Below are positions 1 to 12,960 of a DNA stretch of 64,000 bases, piece after piece. The notes beneath the pieces were generated by a model. It had not been told where the DNA came from. It was given only the letters and a program-made list of their open reading frames with translations, and made no database searches. Source of the stretch: Octopus vulgaris (lineage: Eukaryota); assembly GCA_951406725.2 (NCBI GenBank), contig OX597815.1:167772001-167836000 (forward strand), in the 5' to 3' direction. The first letter of the stretch is position 1. The number at the start of each line of letters is the position of its first letter. Both the position numbers and the translations under genes were made by a program.

Positions 1-60
1 TATTTCGGGATGGTCGTTTCATTTATTTATTTACTTATTTTTGCCAAATTTATATGTATA

Positions 61-430
61 TTCTTTTATTTGTCTCAGTCATTTGACTGCGGCCATGCTG
101 GAGCACCGCCTTAAATGGTTTCTGGTCGAAGAAATCGACCCCAGGACTTATTCTTTGTAAGCTTAGTAATTATTCTAACGGTCTCTTTTGCCGAACCGCT
201 TAGTTACGGTGACGTAAACACACTAACAGCGGTTGTCAAGGGATGGTGGGGGACAAACACATACAGAAAGGGTCACACGTGTGTACACACACAGACACAC
301 AGATACAAACACACACATATATGTATATACATGGTTATAGTAGAAGGCACTTGCCCAAGGTGCTATGCAAGGGACTGAACCCGGAACCATGTGGTTGGAA
401 AGAATGCTCCTAACCACTAAGCCACGCCTA
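61..430 (-). mobile_element. tRNA-derived SINE, family A (internal microsatellite), internally deleted copy
   Basis: Matches the other family A copies (e.g. 14898-15339): tail GGCGGTGCTCCAGCATGGCCGCAGTCAAATGACTGA, head with B-box-like GGTTCCGGGTTCAGTCCC on the minus strand. Confidence 0.85.
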
Positions 431-1472
431 TATATCAATTCGTAAGTGTGTGTGTGTGTGTGTGTAAGTGTGTGTGTGTATTCTATATATAAATATATTA
501 GTATACTCATATACACACATACATATATGTGGGTGTGAGTTTATGGACGCACAAACACATTTATACGTACATAGAGAACTCTCTGATGTTGCAGTATATT
601 TTATAGTCATATTTTGTTGTTGCTGTTGTTTTTTTTTTATATAATTAATTGTCACTGTGTGTAATTTATACATTCATTTAGTTATTGTTATCGACATTAT
701 CTTCTTTTATACTCTCTGACCTGCCTACTGATTTCTATAGCATTAATCCTTTTAGGCTGTGCAAGTATCACTCAATTTCATTACCTCTTCTATATAACTC
801 TGGAATTTTGTGCTAATATAATGTCACCATTATTACAATGAAAGTCTGCCAGAATCGGTAGATCACCAGACAGAATATACACTGTGGATTGCTTGCGTCC
901 TTTTATCTTCAGTGTTATAATCTTGCCGGCATAGACTTTACATTCCATCGATTTAATTGACTGACCCTTCAAATAATACGTATAGTATTGTGTATCACTT
1001 GAAAATTATTGTTAGTGAAGCAGTTTTGGCAGCAGTTATGTTTTAGGTTTTATATCATCATACATTCTGAGTCCCTCGTAGATCGCTCGAATATGCGCTA
1101 ATATTATCTAAAGAATGATTAAATCAAGTATGCATCATTTCTAAGTAACATGACCTTGTGGCATTTCGATACAAATTTCTAGTGACGCTTTAGTAATAGT
1201 AAAGAGCATAATCCCAAACTATGCAATAGAACCCAGTATTAGACGGAGGTATTGTAGTAGCAGTAAGACGCGTCATGCCTAAATGGTTTAAACCTTCGCT
1301 TCGGAATCACAAAGTCCCAAACTCAATCTCATTGCAAAGTATCTTGGACAAGTGCCTACGGCAATAACTGCAACTTGACTCAAGCCTTATGGACAGAGCT
1401 GAGTAGACGGGAAATGTCCGCAACACGGATTGTACTTCAAATGTTATCCAAATGTGAATAAATGTGACCTAT

Positions 1473-1636
1473 GCGCAGGAGTGGGTGTGTGGTAAGTAGC
1501 TTGCTTATGAACAACATGGTTCCGGGTTCAGTCCCACTGTGTGGCACCTTGAGCAAGTGTCTTCTACTATAGCCTCGAGCCGACCAAAGCCTTGTGAGTG
1601 GATTTGGTAGACAAGAAACTAAAAGAAGCCCGTTGA

Positions 1637-1730
<94 letters not shown>

Positions 1731-1908
1731 ATGTGTGTTTGTGTATCTGTGTTTGTCCCACCAACATTGCTCGACAACCGATGCTGCTATGTTTACGTCC
1801 CCGTAACTTAGCGGTTAGGCAAACGTGGCAGATACAATAAATAGTAGGCTTACAAAGAATAAGTCCTGAGATCGGTTGCAATCAAATGACTGAAACAAGT
1901 AAAAGAAT
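1473..1908 (+). mobile_element. SINE family A
   Basis: GCGCAGGAGTGGGTGTGTGGTAAG (A-box-like), GGTTCCGGGTTCAGTCCC (B-box-like), internal (TA)n(TG)n, tail CAAATGACTGAAACAAGTAAAAGA. Confidence 0.9.
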
Positions 1909-2322
1909 ATGAATTAAACAGCAATATCTAGAGCAAAAAGATGGTAGATTGCAACAAATCTAGTCAATTTGCTTATGTAACACAGGTTCGTTCAAACAAG
2001 GATAAACTAGAGCGATAAACTAATAATAAAAGCCAAACAAGATATAACTTTTCCTTAAAATATATACACAAACTCACACACACACACACATATGTAATTG
2101 TATTTTAAATATATTTATTTATTTATTCATAATTGTAATTAAAAAAAAATTTTTTTCAATGTTGAAGTGTGTTAATCATAAAAAAACAACAACTTAGTAA
2201 TAAAGTTCAAATTACGTTTATTTGATGGAGATAGTCAGCTAATGTGCAGCACGAACATTTGATCATCATAAAGAAATCATTTGTGCAGGTCGTTCGGTAA
2301 AAGATGACACTCATACGCCATC

Positions 2323-2381
<59 letters not shown>

Positions 2382-3505
2382 CATCAAGAGAATGAGAGAG
2401 AGAGAAAATACGACGGAATGCACCATTTTAGTGTATGTTCGCGATGAAATGTATTCTTAATATTTTGTCTATCGAGTCTAACCAAAATTTATTAAACTGC
2501 AAACCAGCTAGAAGTTAACTTTCGAAAAAGGCTCCGTTTACAATATGATTCTTGTTTTATTATTATTTTTTTTTTTTTTTTTGGCTTTTTATAATCGTAT
2601 TCTAATTTTCTATTATTATACTATTCTATTCTATTCTATTTTATTTCCTACGTAAACTCTATCCTACTTTTTATTTTATTTTTACCTACCCTATTTTAAG
2701 TATAGTCAACAACAACTGTACAGTCAGTCACATGTGCTCTTTAACATTAATCGGTGTTTCGGTGTAAAATGAGATGTACCAAGTTAGAGGCATACAAAAG
2801 ACCAAATCTTTCTTTTGCCATTTTTCATTACTTTCTTTTCATTTCGTTGTTCTTCCCATGTTTTCTGTCATTTTATTTACAAAGACCAAGAAAACAAAAC
2901 AGCAACAATGAAACAGAAATATAAACCTATAAAGACTAACAATACATTAAAAAGTTTCGGTAATGAGCTAAGGAGACACCTGTTCATAATTAATTGCCGG
3001 CTATTATTAGTGTGTGCAATGACTGAATGTGTAATTCCATCTGCAAAATAGCAAATACACGTGAGTCGAGCATGTTTGAGTACACGTCATAGAAAAAGAA
3101 AAATAACTAAGTTTGAATGTTATTTAACTCTTTTGCTGCACATGCGTGGAAATGAATATTTACTTGATTTAATTCCTGCCTGTACTGATATTCAAAACAT
3201 ACATACATGCACTGATGCATAAGTACATACTACGCACACAAATATGTTATAAATGCATAGGAAAAAATGGAAAACAGGACAAGTAATACAAAGAACGACT
3301 CTTCATCAGTTGTCGGCTGTCTTTCTACTTCTCATTTCGAGCATTGAACGGCAATGTGAGTCTTCAAAGACAGTTGTTCCCATAAATATCAAAATATAAT
3401 TTTGGAATTATGGAAGGTCAAAGTTGGGAACAAAAACCGAACAGTGGAGACATACACGGAAACTGAACGAAAACAAACGTGGAGGGTCGTTAGAGCAGAA
3501 CGAGG

Positions 3506-3580
<75 letters not shown>

Positions 3581-3684
3581 CTGATATAAGCGTCTTAATA
3601 TGTTTTTAGCACTGTAGAATTTACAATGTAATTATTCTTTTTCATTCCAGGTGCCATTATATTAAACATTTGCGAAGATTAACC

Positions 3685-4678
3685 ATGCCATGCACAAAAA
3701 GATTCAGCAGAATTGTCAGATTTTCAAAGAGGTCGTATTGTTGAACAAGCTGAGGCTGGTCTTAGTCAGTGAAAAATTGTCGAAAATCTTCAAATTCCTC
3801 TTGCTACGGTTAATAGAATTATTGAAAAGCCAAGGAAAAGAATCAACAGATTCTCATCCTGGCCGACCTGGGCCCTCGGAAAGGAAGCTTCGCTGTTTGA
3901 AGAGAATTGTGGAAAGCGAACCCCGTTCGAAGGCTTCTGACATTGCAAACCAGCTAGAAGTTAGTTCAAGAACGTGTGTTATATATCCGCATAAGCTTGG
4001 GTATTATGAACGAGCAGCTAGAAGAAAACCTCTCCTTCAATCAATTAATATCATGAAAAGAAAGAAATGGGCTAAGGAGATGTCAGAAAAATCCAGTTCA
4101 TTTGGGGATAGAATGATTTTCTCAGATGAATTTGCATTATTTTCAGACAGTGGACGTTTTGGGTCTAGAGGCTCTCCCAATCAAGAATTTGATTTCAAAT
4201 GACTCCAACTGTGAAACGTGGCGGTATCTCTGTAATGGTATGGGGAGCTGTCACCAGCAATGGTCATTCTGAGCTGATCGTATGAGTTGGAGCCATAAAC
4301 TCTGAAAAATGCATCGAAATATTTAATCAAGGACTATTTCCGATGATTTCACACGATAACATAACGAAAAATAAGTTTTTATTCATGGAAGATGGGGCTC
4401 CATGCCACATAGCGAAAAGGAATCAACAATGGCTGACTGAAAATTGGATCAAAAAACTTCCTCGGGCGAGCCAATTTCCTGACATGAACCCAATTGAACA
4501 TCTTTGGAGCATACTACGAAAAACTCGACAGAAACCTAAATCTAAAGATGAATTGTTTCGATTGTTGCGTGAAAATTGGGCAGAAATTCCCCAAGCGACA
4601 ATCACAAAGCTCATCAGTTCAATGCCAAAAAGAGATTCTGAATTTAAAACTGCGAAGGGAATGTCAACTAAATACTAA
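3685..4678 (+). pseudogene. Tc1-family DD34E transposase pseudogene
   Basis: Frameshifted N-terminal HTH (ELSDFQRGRIV...IPLATVNRII), AARRKPLL, IFSDE, SVMVWG, then MEDGAPCH...PDMNPIEHLW with 34 residues between D and E, C-terminal KGMSTKY. Several frameshifts and stops; right TIR not recognisable. Confidence 0.92.
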
Positions 4679-4771
4679 AGTATCGATTACATTTCAATTG
4701 TTCGCTTTGCGTATTAAATAAAAATTTTGAAAATTAAAGATATATACATATGTATATATATATATATATTT

Positions 4772-4811
<40 letters not shown>

Positions 4812-4871
4812 ATGTATGTATGTATGTATGTATGTATGTATGCATGCGTGCACGTGTGTGTGTATGTCTTA

Positions 4872-5240
4872 TATTTTCATATTTTACCTGTTTCACTCAT
4901 TTGTCTGCGGCCATGCTGGGGTACCACCTTCGAGGTTTTTAGTCGAACTTATCGATCCCAGGACTTATCTGTTTTAAGCCTAGTACTTATTCTATCGGAT
5001 CCTTTTTCGGACAGCTAATTTGCGGGGACGTAAATACACCAACACCGGTTGTCAAGCAGTAGAGGGGGGCACACACACACATATACATATGACGAGCTTC
5101 TTTCAGTTTCCATCTCTCGTTTCCATCACTCGCAAGGCTTTGGTCGGCCCGAGGTTGTAGCAGAGGACACTTGCCCAAGGTACCACTCAGTGGCACTGAA
5201 CCCGGTACCAGGTTGCTGGAAAGCAAGCTTCTTACCATGC
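4872..5240 (-). mobile_element. SINE family A, diverged copy
   Basis: Reverse-strand similarity to family A head, body and tail. Confidence 0.8.
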
Positions 5241-5242
5241 AG

Positions 5243-5378
<136 letters not shown>

Positions 5379-5418
5379 ATATATATATAATCGTCAGATA
5401 AAAATATTACTTTTATAT

Positions 5419-5455
<37 letters not shown>

Positions 5456-5512
5456 TATCGTAAGATAAAAATATTACTTTTATATGTTTATATATATATA
5501 TATATATATATA

Positions 5513-7165
5513 CGTTTAAATATTTGTTGTGCAAGATTTTTTATGTGAAGTCGTGTGTTGAAACAGATATTGTTATATTTCGGAATGGTCATATTGCCAG
5601 TTTAGCCAATAAAAACACACGCACTATATATTTGGTGTTATTTTGCTTCAGTGAGATTTATTTTTTACATTAATCTTAATCTTATTTCGGCCAAAGTTCT
5701 TTCGTCACACTCCTGTGACCGCATCAGTGGTCCTTTGTTTTCTTCTCACTTACTTGTGTCTCTCCTTACTAACCGTCAGCCATTTTGTATTTCTATTGTA
5801 TGTCTTCATTTGCGCATGCTTATATCTCTATGTGCGTCTATGTTTATTTAGTGTGTGTGTGGGGGGGATGCCTGTAATATTTGTATCTTCTGGTTATATA
5901 CATTCTTGTAATTTGTATTTTGTTTTTGTTGTTGTTGCTTTTGTTCTAATTTTATTCATGTGTTTACATCCACCCATTATTATCATTACATATGCTTGTA
6001 TGTATGTATAACAACAATATTAGTAATAATAATAATAAATCTAATCGAGAAAAAAAAAAAAAAAAAAGAATATACATATACATATATATATATATACATA
6101 CATATACATATACATATATATATATATACATATATACACACATATATACACATATACATATACATATATATACACATATACATATATATAGATATTCATT
6201 TCTATTTCTTTAATTACCTGTGTATTTATTATGTTTGCAGGATCCACTATTGTCATATGTTGTGGTGTGCGCTATTGCTCCATTCTAGTTTTCTATTCAG
6301 GCTAGGTTTATTTTCTATTATATGTGTAGCTTCTGTAATTTGTCTAATTGTTGCATCTGTTCTATGTGTGGACAATATCTTAATCTCTATGTTATTGATT
6401 GATCCCCCGTGTTCTTGTTCGGCGTGTTGGTACAGAATCGATGAGCTTTTACCTTCCTTGAGTTGTCTCCAATGTTCATTCACCCGCTCACCAATGCTTC
6501 TTGCAGTTTCCCTACGTATGTTACTGTCTTGTTACTGCATCGTCCCTCTATACATCTTATACTATAGACCACATTTCTGGCTTTACAGTTCGTTTGTGGG
6601 CTAAATCTACATACAGTGCAATAGTTATCCGTACAGAGAGTTCTACTAAAAGGATAGGTTCTACCAATTATAGATCTGATAGGGTTGCCTGGCTTTTCAA
6701 CAACCTTAATTCTTAGTTTAAGTTTATCTAGGGTCCTTCTAAAGCGGTACGCTAGTTCACCTCCAGGGGTGGTGTCAACGAACATGACACTCTGGTATTT
6801 ATGGCTATCATACCAAGAGTTGGCCTTCCTTATTTTCTTTTTTGTCCTTTCTATAGTGTTCCATGACTTGTTCCTGTAGAGTGGGCAAATCCCATTCCTA
6901 TCATTACATAATATATTATCAAATTTCTTCATGGCTCCTTTGTATACTCTGATCCTTTCTTTATGGCTGTAACCTGAGAACTGCATGCGGTGAATGAAAT
7001 ACTGTATGTGTCTCTTTAATTCTGTAGGCTCGCACATGCGTGACACATTTCTCATTATTCTGACGAGGTCTGCCATCAAAATATTGAATTTGGCATTGCC
7101 CGCAATGGCTGAGTTCCGGTGGATCAGGTATTTTGAGGCCATAGGTTTTGCATAGTATGAATGAA

Positions 7166-7167
<2 letters not shown>
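5513..7167 (-). mobile_element. Penelope-like retroelement, 5'-truncated (RT C-terminus/linker, GIY-YIG endonuclease, 3' pLTR with hammerhead)
   Basis: ORFs 6480-7142 and 6253-6483 joined by one frameshift: Cys-rich linker (CTDNYCTVC...NC), NVVYSIRC...TYVG, NEH, RQITEA...KPSLN typical of PLE GIY-YIG. Both ends lie in (TA)n; hammerhead motif about 520 bp downstream of the stop. Confidence 0.9.
5689..5733 (-). ncRNA. Minimal type I hammerhead ribozyme motif (variant core)
   Basis: GGACCA CUGAUGCG GUCACA-GGAG-UGUGAC GAAA GAAC UU UGGCC: 6 bp stem II, short stem I, A9 replaced by CG. Confidence 0.65.
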
Positions 7168-7211
<44 letters not shown>

Positions 7212-7627
7212 GCTTCTTTACAAAGTAATTGTATTGAAATCTACAGCTATCATGTTTAATCCATTATATTTGGCTTATTGTTTAGTGAGACTGTTATGAC
7301 AATGAAATCTCGGCTGCTTAGAATAGCGGAGGCCCTGCCAACTGAATTCACCACCCATTTTTTACAGAAGACGGTAATCGTAGCTTTAAACAAGAGCTAC
7401 AAGTAGCTCTAAACAAGAGAGAATTTTAAGCAAATAAAAGAATACATAAATAAGTAATCACTAGACCTACGTGAACTACGATAAAACGCAGTAAACCCAT
7501 TATTACTTTCAATAACAATTTAAAGAAAAACAACCCACAAATCTTTTGTCCAAAAGCATGGATTCGTGAAAGAATGTAATCTGGAAAAAAATATCACATT
7601 ACTGAATATTTGCTGTACAAATGTTGA

Positions 7628-7712
<85 letters not shown>

Positions 7713-7726
7713 TAATAATAATAATA

Positions 7727-8186
7727 AAGATGGGCTACAGCAAATATTCTGCTCAATACCACAGATTTGCTTGTCAGTTGCTTGACCTTAACCAGTTGAG
7801 CATGTCCCTTAGTGGATGACGATATGTGCATCTCTGATCACGAGCAGAAGTAGTGGGGGAGCATCATCGCCATGTGTTGAGAGGGATTCTTTGAGGTTTA
7901 GATAATTCACCTTTGGAAACATGGGTGTTTCGTTCAACATCCTTAAACAACCCTTATTTAGGGACCTTTTGAGCGGGATGGTTTACTCGACCAGAAGAAA
8001 ATTCTAATTGGGCCCCACCTGCAAGGTCATGTGCTGTTTATTTTGATATGAGATCACCATGTCGCACACATGTGGTTGTGATGCATGAGCCCGGTGTGCC
8101 CTTATCATGTAGTCATGATGGGTATACTGGGCTTTGTATGTTTTACACCAGTGTCACTTTGATGGCAAGCACTGCTCTCTCACTCA
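7727..8186. mobile_element. Interspersed repeat inserted in (AAT)n
   Basis: Homologous to 63811-64000; flanked on both sides by (AAT)n. Confidence 0.7.
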
Positions 8187-8189
8187 ATG

Positions 8190-8266
<77 letters not shown>

Positions 8267-8284
8267 AAGAAGAAGAAGAAGAAG

Positions 8285-8316
<32 letters not shown>

Positions 8317-8472
8317 GAATATTTTCTATTATAGGCACAAAGCCTTAAATTTTTGGGAGAGGGATATTCAATTGCATCGACCTCAGTACTCAACTGGTAC
8401 TTAACCAGATAAAACATTAAGAAACTGTTCTTAAGTGCAGCCGAGACAAGAGTTAATCTGAGATTAGACAAC

Positions 8473-8895
8473 TCTCTCTTTACTCTTTTTTACTCTTTTA
8501 CTTGTTTCAGTCATTTGACTGTGGCCATGCTGGAGCACCGCCTTTAGTCGAGCAAATCGACCCCAGGACTTATTCCTTGTAGGCCTAGTACTTATTCTAT
8601 CGGTCTCTTTTGCCGAATAAGTTACGGGGACGTAAACACACCAGCATCGATTGTCAAGCGATGTTGGGGGGACCAGACACAGACACACAAACATACACAC
8701 ACACATACATAAATATATATATACATATATACGACGGGCTTCTTTCAGTTTCCGTCTACCAAATCCACTCACAAGGCTTTGGTCGGCCCAAGGCTATAGT
8801 AGAAGACACTTGCCCAAGGTGCCACGCAGTGAGACTGAACCCGGAATCGTGTGGTTCGTAAGCAAGCTACTTACCCGCAACCAAGCCTGCGCCTA
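8473..8895 (-). mobile_element. SINE family A, full length
   Basis: Near-complete reverse complement of 14898-15339. Confidence 0.92.
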
Positions 8896-9537
8896 TTTAG
8901 AGACTCTAAAGGGTGAAGTTTCCTTCTCTTTGCAAATATGTTGGTTATCGCAGGTACACCAAAAGAGTTAAATAACATTCAAACTTGTACGCTTCTTTTA
9001 ATTCATTGCTACGTTTAAATATAATTACGCTAAACATTGCAAAAAAAAATGGAAGAATTGCTACAAACAACATTCGAGAGTTTTTAACAAATAACAATTA
9101 TTATGTCTTTGATAGATGCATAGCCAGAAATAAGGTCAAAATACAATCGGTTGCATAGACCCCAGTACTTTTCTGGTGGTTATTCTTTTATCGATCTCGA
9201 AGAAGGAGAGTAAAGTCGACCTGGCTGAAATATGAAATCAAAACGTAGAGTCGGCATTTATCACAATCTTGCAACACTCTAACATTGGACGATGGACGAG
9301 TGTGCGCAGAACTGTTTCATCGTTCTGTGTGCATCACGGGCAGGTACAGTTGACGGCATTGCTGTGCCAGTAGAGTTATCTCAAACTAGCAATGCTCCCA
9401 ATACTAATGAAAGGCGAAGTTGATTTCAAATTTAGAAAATAATAAAGTGAATATTACAATTGCAGCGTGGAAGATGTTTATAAGCCTTTTAAGAAACACA
9501 CAAAAACCGTTAGATTCACTTCAACATTTAAATTTCA

Positions 9538-9588
9538 TTTGGAAAAATATTTTCGTCGCTTTGAGACCGCGACCTGCTCACTGACAAA
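9538..9588 (-). ncRNA. Type I hammerhead motif, G3-C8 core variant (second arm)
   Basis: UUUGUCA GUGAGCAG GUCGC-GGUCUCAAA-GCGAC GAAA AUAU UU UUCCAAA; stem I more decayed than in the plus copy. Confidence 0.6.
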
Positions 9589-9597
9589 ATTCTGTGC

Positions 9598-9646
9598 TTG
9601 TCAGTGAACAGGTCGCGGTCTCAAAGCGACGAAAATATTTTGCCAA
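9598..9646 (+). ncRNA. Type I hammerhead motif, G3-C8 core variant
   Basis: UUGUCA GUGAACAG GUCGC-GGUCUCAAA-GCGAC GAAA AUAU UU UGCCAA; palindromic helix III AAUAUU; stem I 5/6 paired. Confidence 0.7.
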
Positions 9647-10806
9647 ATTAAATTTAAATGTTGAAGTGAATCTAACGGTTTTTGTGTGTTTCTTAAATTG
9701 CTTATACACACCTTCCACGCTGCAATTGTTTTCGTTCCAGCACACGATCTCAGAACAGGTCACTTGCTATGCAAGTACACCTCCGTAAAAATGAATATTG
9801 TTTTGTATCAAAGGTAAAGTTCATACTAGTTTGCGTTAGTTTAACTGCCCTACTTCTTAATATAAACTAATATATCAACAAATAGTCAAATAAAGCACAT
9901 AATTCCTGCATAATATTGGGGTGTATAAAAAAACCCTAAATAACTGTTCTGAAAAGGCAATCAAAACAATCAGTTCTAACGTGCTGTTTGTTAAATGTAC
10001 GACATACCCAAATAATTTCTACAGTGTAAAACATGTCAGCAGGCCTCCTTTCTTTTTCCCATTTTTTGGTTCTGGTTCTTGTCCCCCGCCCCACTAAATA
10101 TTCAGAGAGATTTAGCGACAAACATTTGTTCTTAAACTCTAAACAATCCATCAAAGATCATTTCAAGATGAAATTATTAATTTGTTCTGTTATGTTTTCT
10201 TTCTTTTCTTTCCTCTTCTCTCACCTAAACGTGACAGTTCCAAGTTTCCATTTCTTGCGAAATAACATGAACGCTTTGATAACAAAATGACGATATACTC
10301 TAAATAACGATATTCGGGCAATATTTTTGAATAATTAGAACGTTTTCTACCCTCCAACCCTCTCTCTCTCTCGCTCTTAAAAAACATATGTAAATTGTAC
10401 AAGTCTGCTATTTGTAATTGAGTGTATACTACTAGCCCATCTTATCCCGTACGTTATAACATTATAACAAAATGTATGTAAATATATGTGTGTAAATATA
10501 TATACATATATGTATGTATGTATTTATGTACGCGTATATGTATGTATGTATATATGTATGTATGTATGTATGTATGCATTTATGTATGTGTGTATGTATG
10601 TATATATGTAAGTATGTATGTATGTATGCATGTATTCATGCATGGATGGATGGATAGATAGATAGAAACACACACACATATATATATACATATATATATA
10701 TACATACATATACATACATACATATACATATATATATATATACATGCATACATATATATATATATACATACATACATACGTACATATATATATATATACA
10801 TACATA

Positions 10807-10838
<32 letters not shown>

Positions 10839-10869
10839 CATACATATATACATACATATATACATATAC

Positions 10870-10933
<64 letters not shown>

Positions 10934-11917
10934 GGATTGTTTATAGAACTGATTGTGTAAACTTTAACTTATTTCAACCTGTCTTAAAACTAATAATTTA
11001 CTTAATGAGATGACAGAAACAGCAAAGCACTTTACTACGTGGCCCAGATCACAGAGTTTGGAAGCAGCAACCCGATTTCAAGGCACACCGGAATCAACAT
11101 TACTACTTACCTGATTTCTAGACAAAAAGCATCAAAAATAACGTCAATTCCATTGACCAAGCGGCTTCCAAAAAATCTAGTGAAACAACGTTGATAACTT
11201 TACATCGAACAGACGTACAATGACTAAAAGCATTAAGTGTTCCAGCCATGACTACCCTATCTTTTTATGTATCTAGAACTGCATTGTCAAATGTTTCCTC
11301 CTATTTTCTTCAGTTTACTCAGCTGTAGACATGAGTTGTGACGTCACTGATACGAAGCTGTATCGGCCTTTGTCTTTCCCGGTGGCGTGGAGAAGGGACA
11401 CCGGTATGAACGGTCGGCTGTTGGTCTTCTATAAACAACCTAGCCCGGACTTGTGCCTCGGAGGGGAACTTTCTAAGTGCAATCCCATAGTTATCAATGA
11501 ACGAAGGGGGTCTTTACCCTTTACTTTATGTTTATAAACATTATCGATCGCATCTATACAATGTGTGTTTTGTTCATTTGCTGAAATCCTTGCGGGATAG
11601 CGGGTAGGGTGACTCCTTAAAAACGGTGGTCGTAGACTAGGCGAGACAACTCACCTTAAATCGAATCAAAGAAATTTCGGTATCCATCAATTTTGGAGTT
11701 CACCCAACGTTATTAGTCTTGCTACCCCTCATTGAATTCGGTGAATAAACAAAACACACTATATATGTGCGATAATGTTTACATTATTAGGAACTTCTTT
11801 TAATTCGTCACACACACACACAGTATATCCAAAAAAGAACAAACACAAAATAAAACAACAACGCGAGGACGTGGTACATGTAAAGCATTACCAGACGCTC
11901 AGGGAAGGAAAGAAAGA

Positions 11918-11957
11918 CTGTTTAACGTTTCGAGTAGACGCTCTTCTTCATAAACAG
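11918..11957 (-). ncRNA. Minimal type I hammerhead motif (C3 mutated)
   Basis: CUGUUU AUGAAGAA GAG-CGUCUA-CUC GAAA CG UU AAACAG; perfect 6 bp stem I; downstream sequence resembles the 22.7 kb array unit. Confidence 0.7.
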
Positions 11958-11969
11958 GAAGGTCCAATA

Positions 11970-12031
<62 letters not shown>

Positions 12032-12033
<2 letters not shown>

Positions 12034-12238
12034 GAAGGGGTGCTAAAAAGTTCCTGGCTTTAAAGCCTGGCTGGAGACCCAACCTTCCGAGTTCTCTTTC
12101 AAGGCTTAGAAAAACTGAAGGACCGCTGCAATAAGTGTGTAAATCTGAGAGGGGAATATATTGAATAAAATCATAATTAGCTGATCTTCCTGTATCTTCT
12201 TTTGCCCAAAACCTGGAATTTCAATGCATCCCAACATA
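12032..12238 (+). mobile_element. Internally deleted mariner element (MITE)
   Basis: Left TIR CGAAGGGGTGCTAAAAAGTTCCTGGCTTT, decayed right TIR; retains transposase C-terminus GLEKLKDRCNKCVNLRGEYIE*. Confidence 0.75.
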
Positions 12239-12745
12239 CTTTTCAGCACACAAACACCCACCCACCCACACATACGCAACACACGGATTTCTTAACCTTA
12301 ATCAACATTCTATAAACTCGTAAAGTTTGGCATGAATTGAACCAGTTTTGTAATTTTTCATATATATATATATATCGTTGTGAACAGTAGCTCATCAGTT
12401 GCGACTCTAGTAAGATTTGAGAAGGAAGGTGTATGGAAGATTTTAAAGTAATCAAATCATGAACTCGACATCAACAGAGTGTTTGTTTCCATACTTTCTA
12501 CAACGGAAACAATGTATCAGATAAGAACTATACTAACTCTTGATGATTCCGCCTGGTTGGAACGCTACGCGGTGGACCGGGGCATTGTGAAACGAAAGTA
12601 CCTGCACACAGAGACAAGGCGCCGCCCGATCCGGAAATCGAAACTGCATCTTTATGATTACCCTAACGACTAGGCCATGTGCCTTCACAACTGATACTTA
12701 TTTAAAGTTGTTTATTGACAATATTAACACGTAACATCTGCTTAA

Positions 12746-12960
12746 TGGCAGTGAGCTGACAAAATCGCTGCATCACCAGGCGAAATGCTTAGCAGCATTT
12801 CGTCTGTCTTTAAATTCTGAGTTCAAATTCCACCGATGTCGACTTTGCTTTTCATCCTTCCAGGATAAAATAAGTATCAGCTGATCACTGAGGTCAATGT
12901 AATCGAACTTAGCCCCTTTCCCGAAATTGCTGGCCTTGAACCAACATTTGAAATTAATAT
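12746..12960 (+). mobile_element. Short SINE, family C, with 15 bp target-site duplication
   Basis: B-box-like GAGTTCAAATTCC; GTAACATCTGCTTAA at 12731-12745 and 12961-12975; homolog at 29355-29546. Confidence 0.85.

Larger units (their letters stand above)
9456..9729. repeat. Long inverted repeat (132 bp arms, 10 bp spacer) carrying two hammerhead motifs
   Basis: 9456-9587 is the near-perfect reverse complement of 9598-9729. Confidence 0.95.

Noticed and set aside
790-972. Short non-repetitive ORF, possible exon or LINE endonuclease relic
   Set aside because: Only a faint ILADF resemblance to GDFN; stops on both sides; not supportable.
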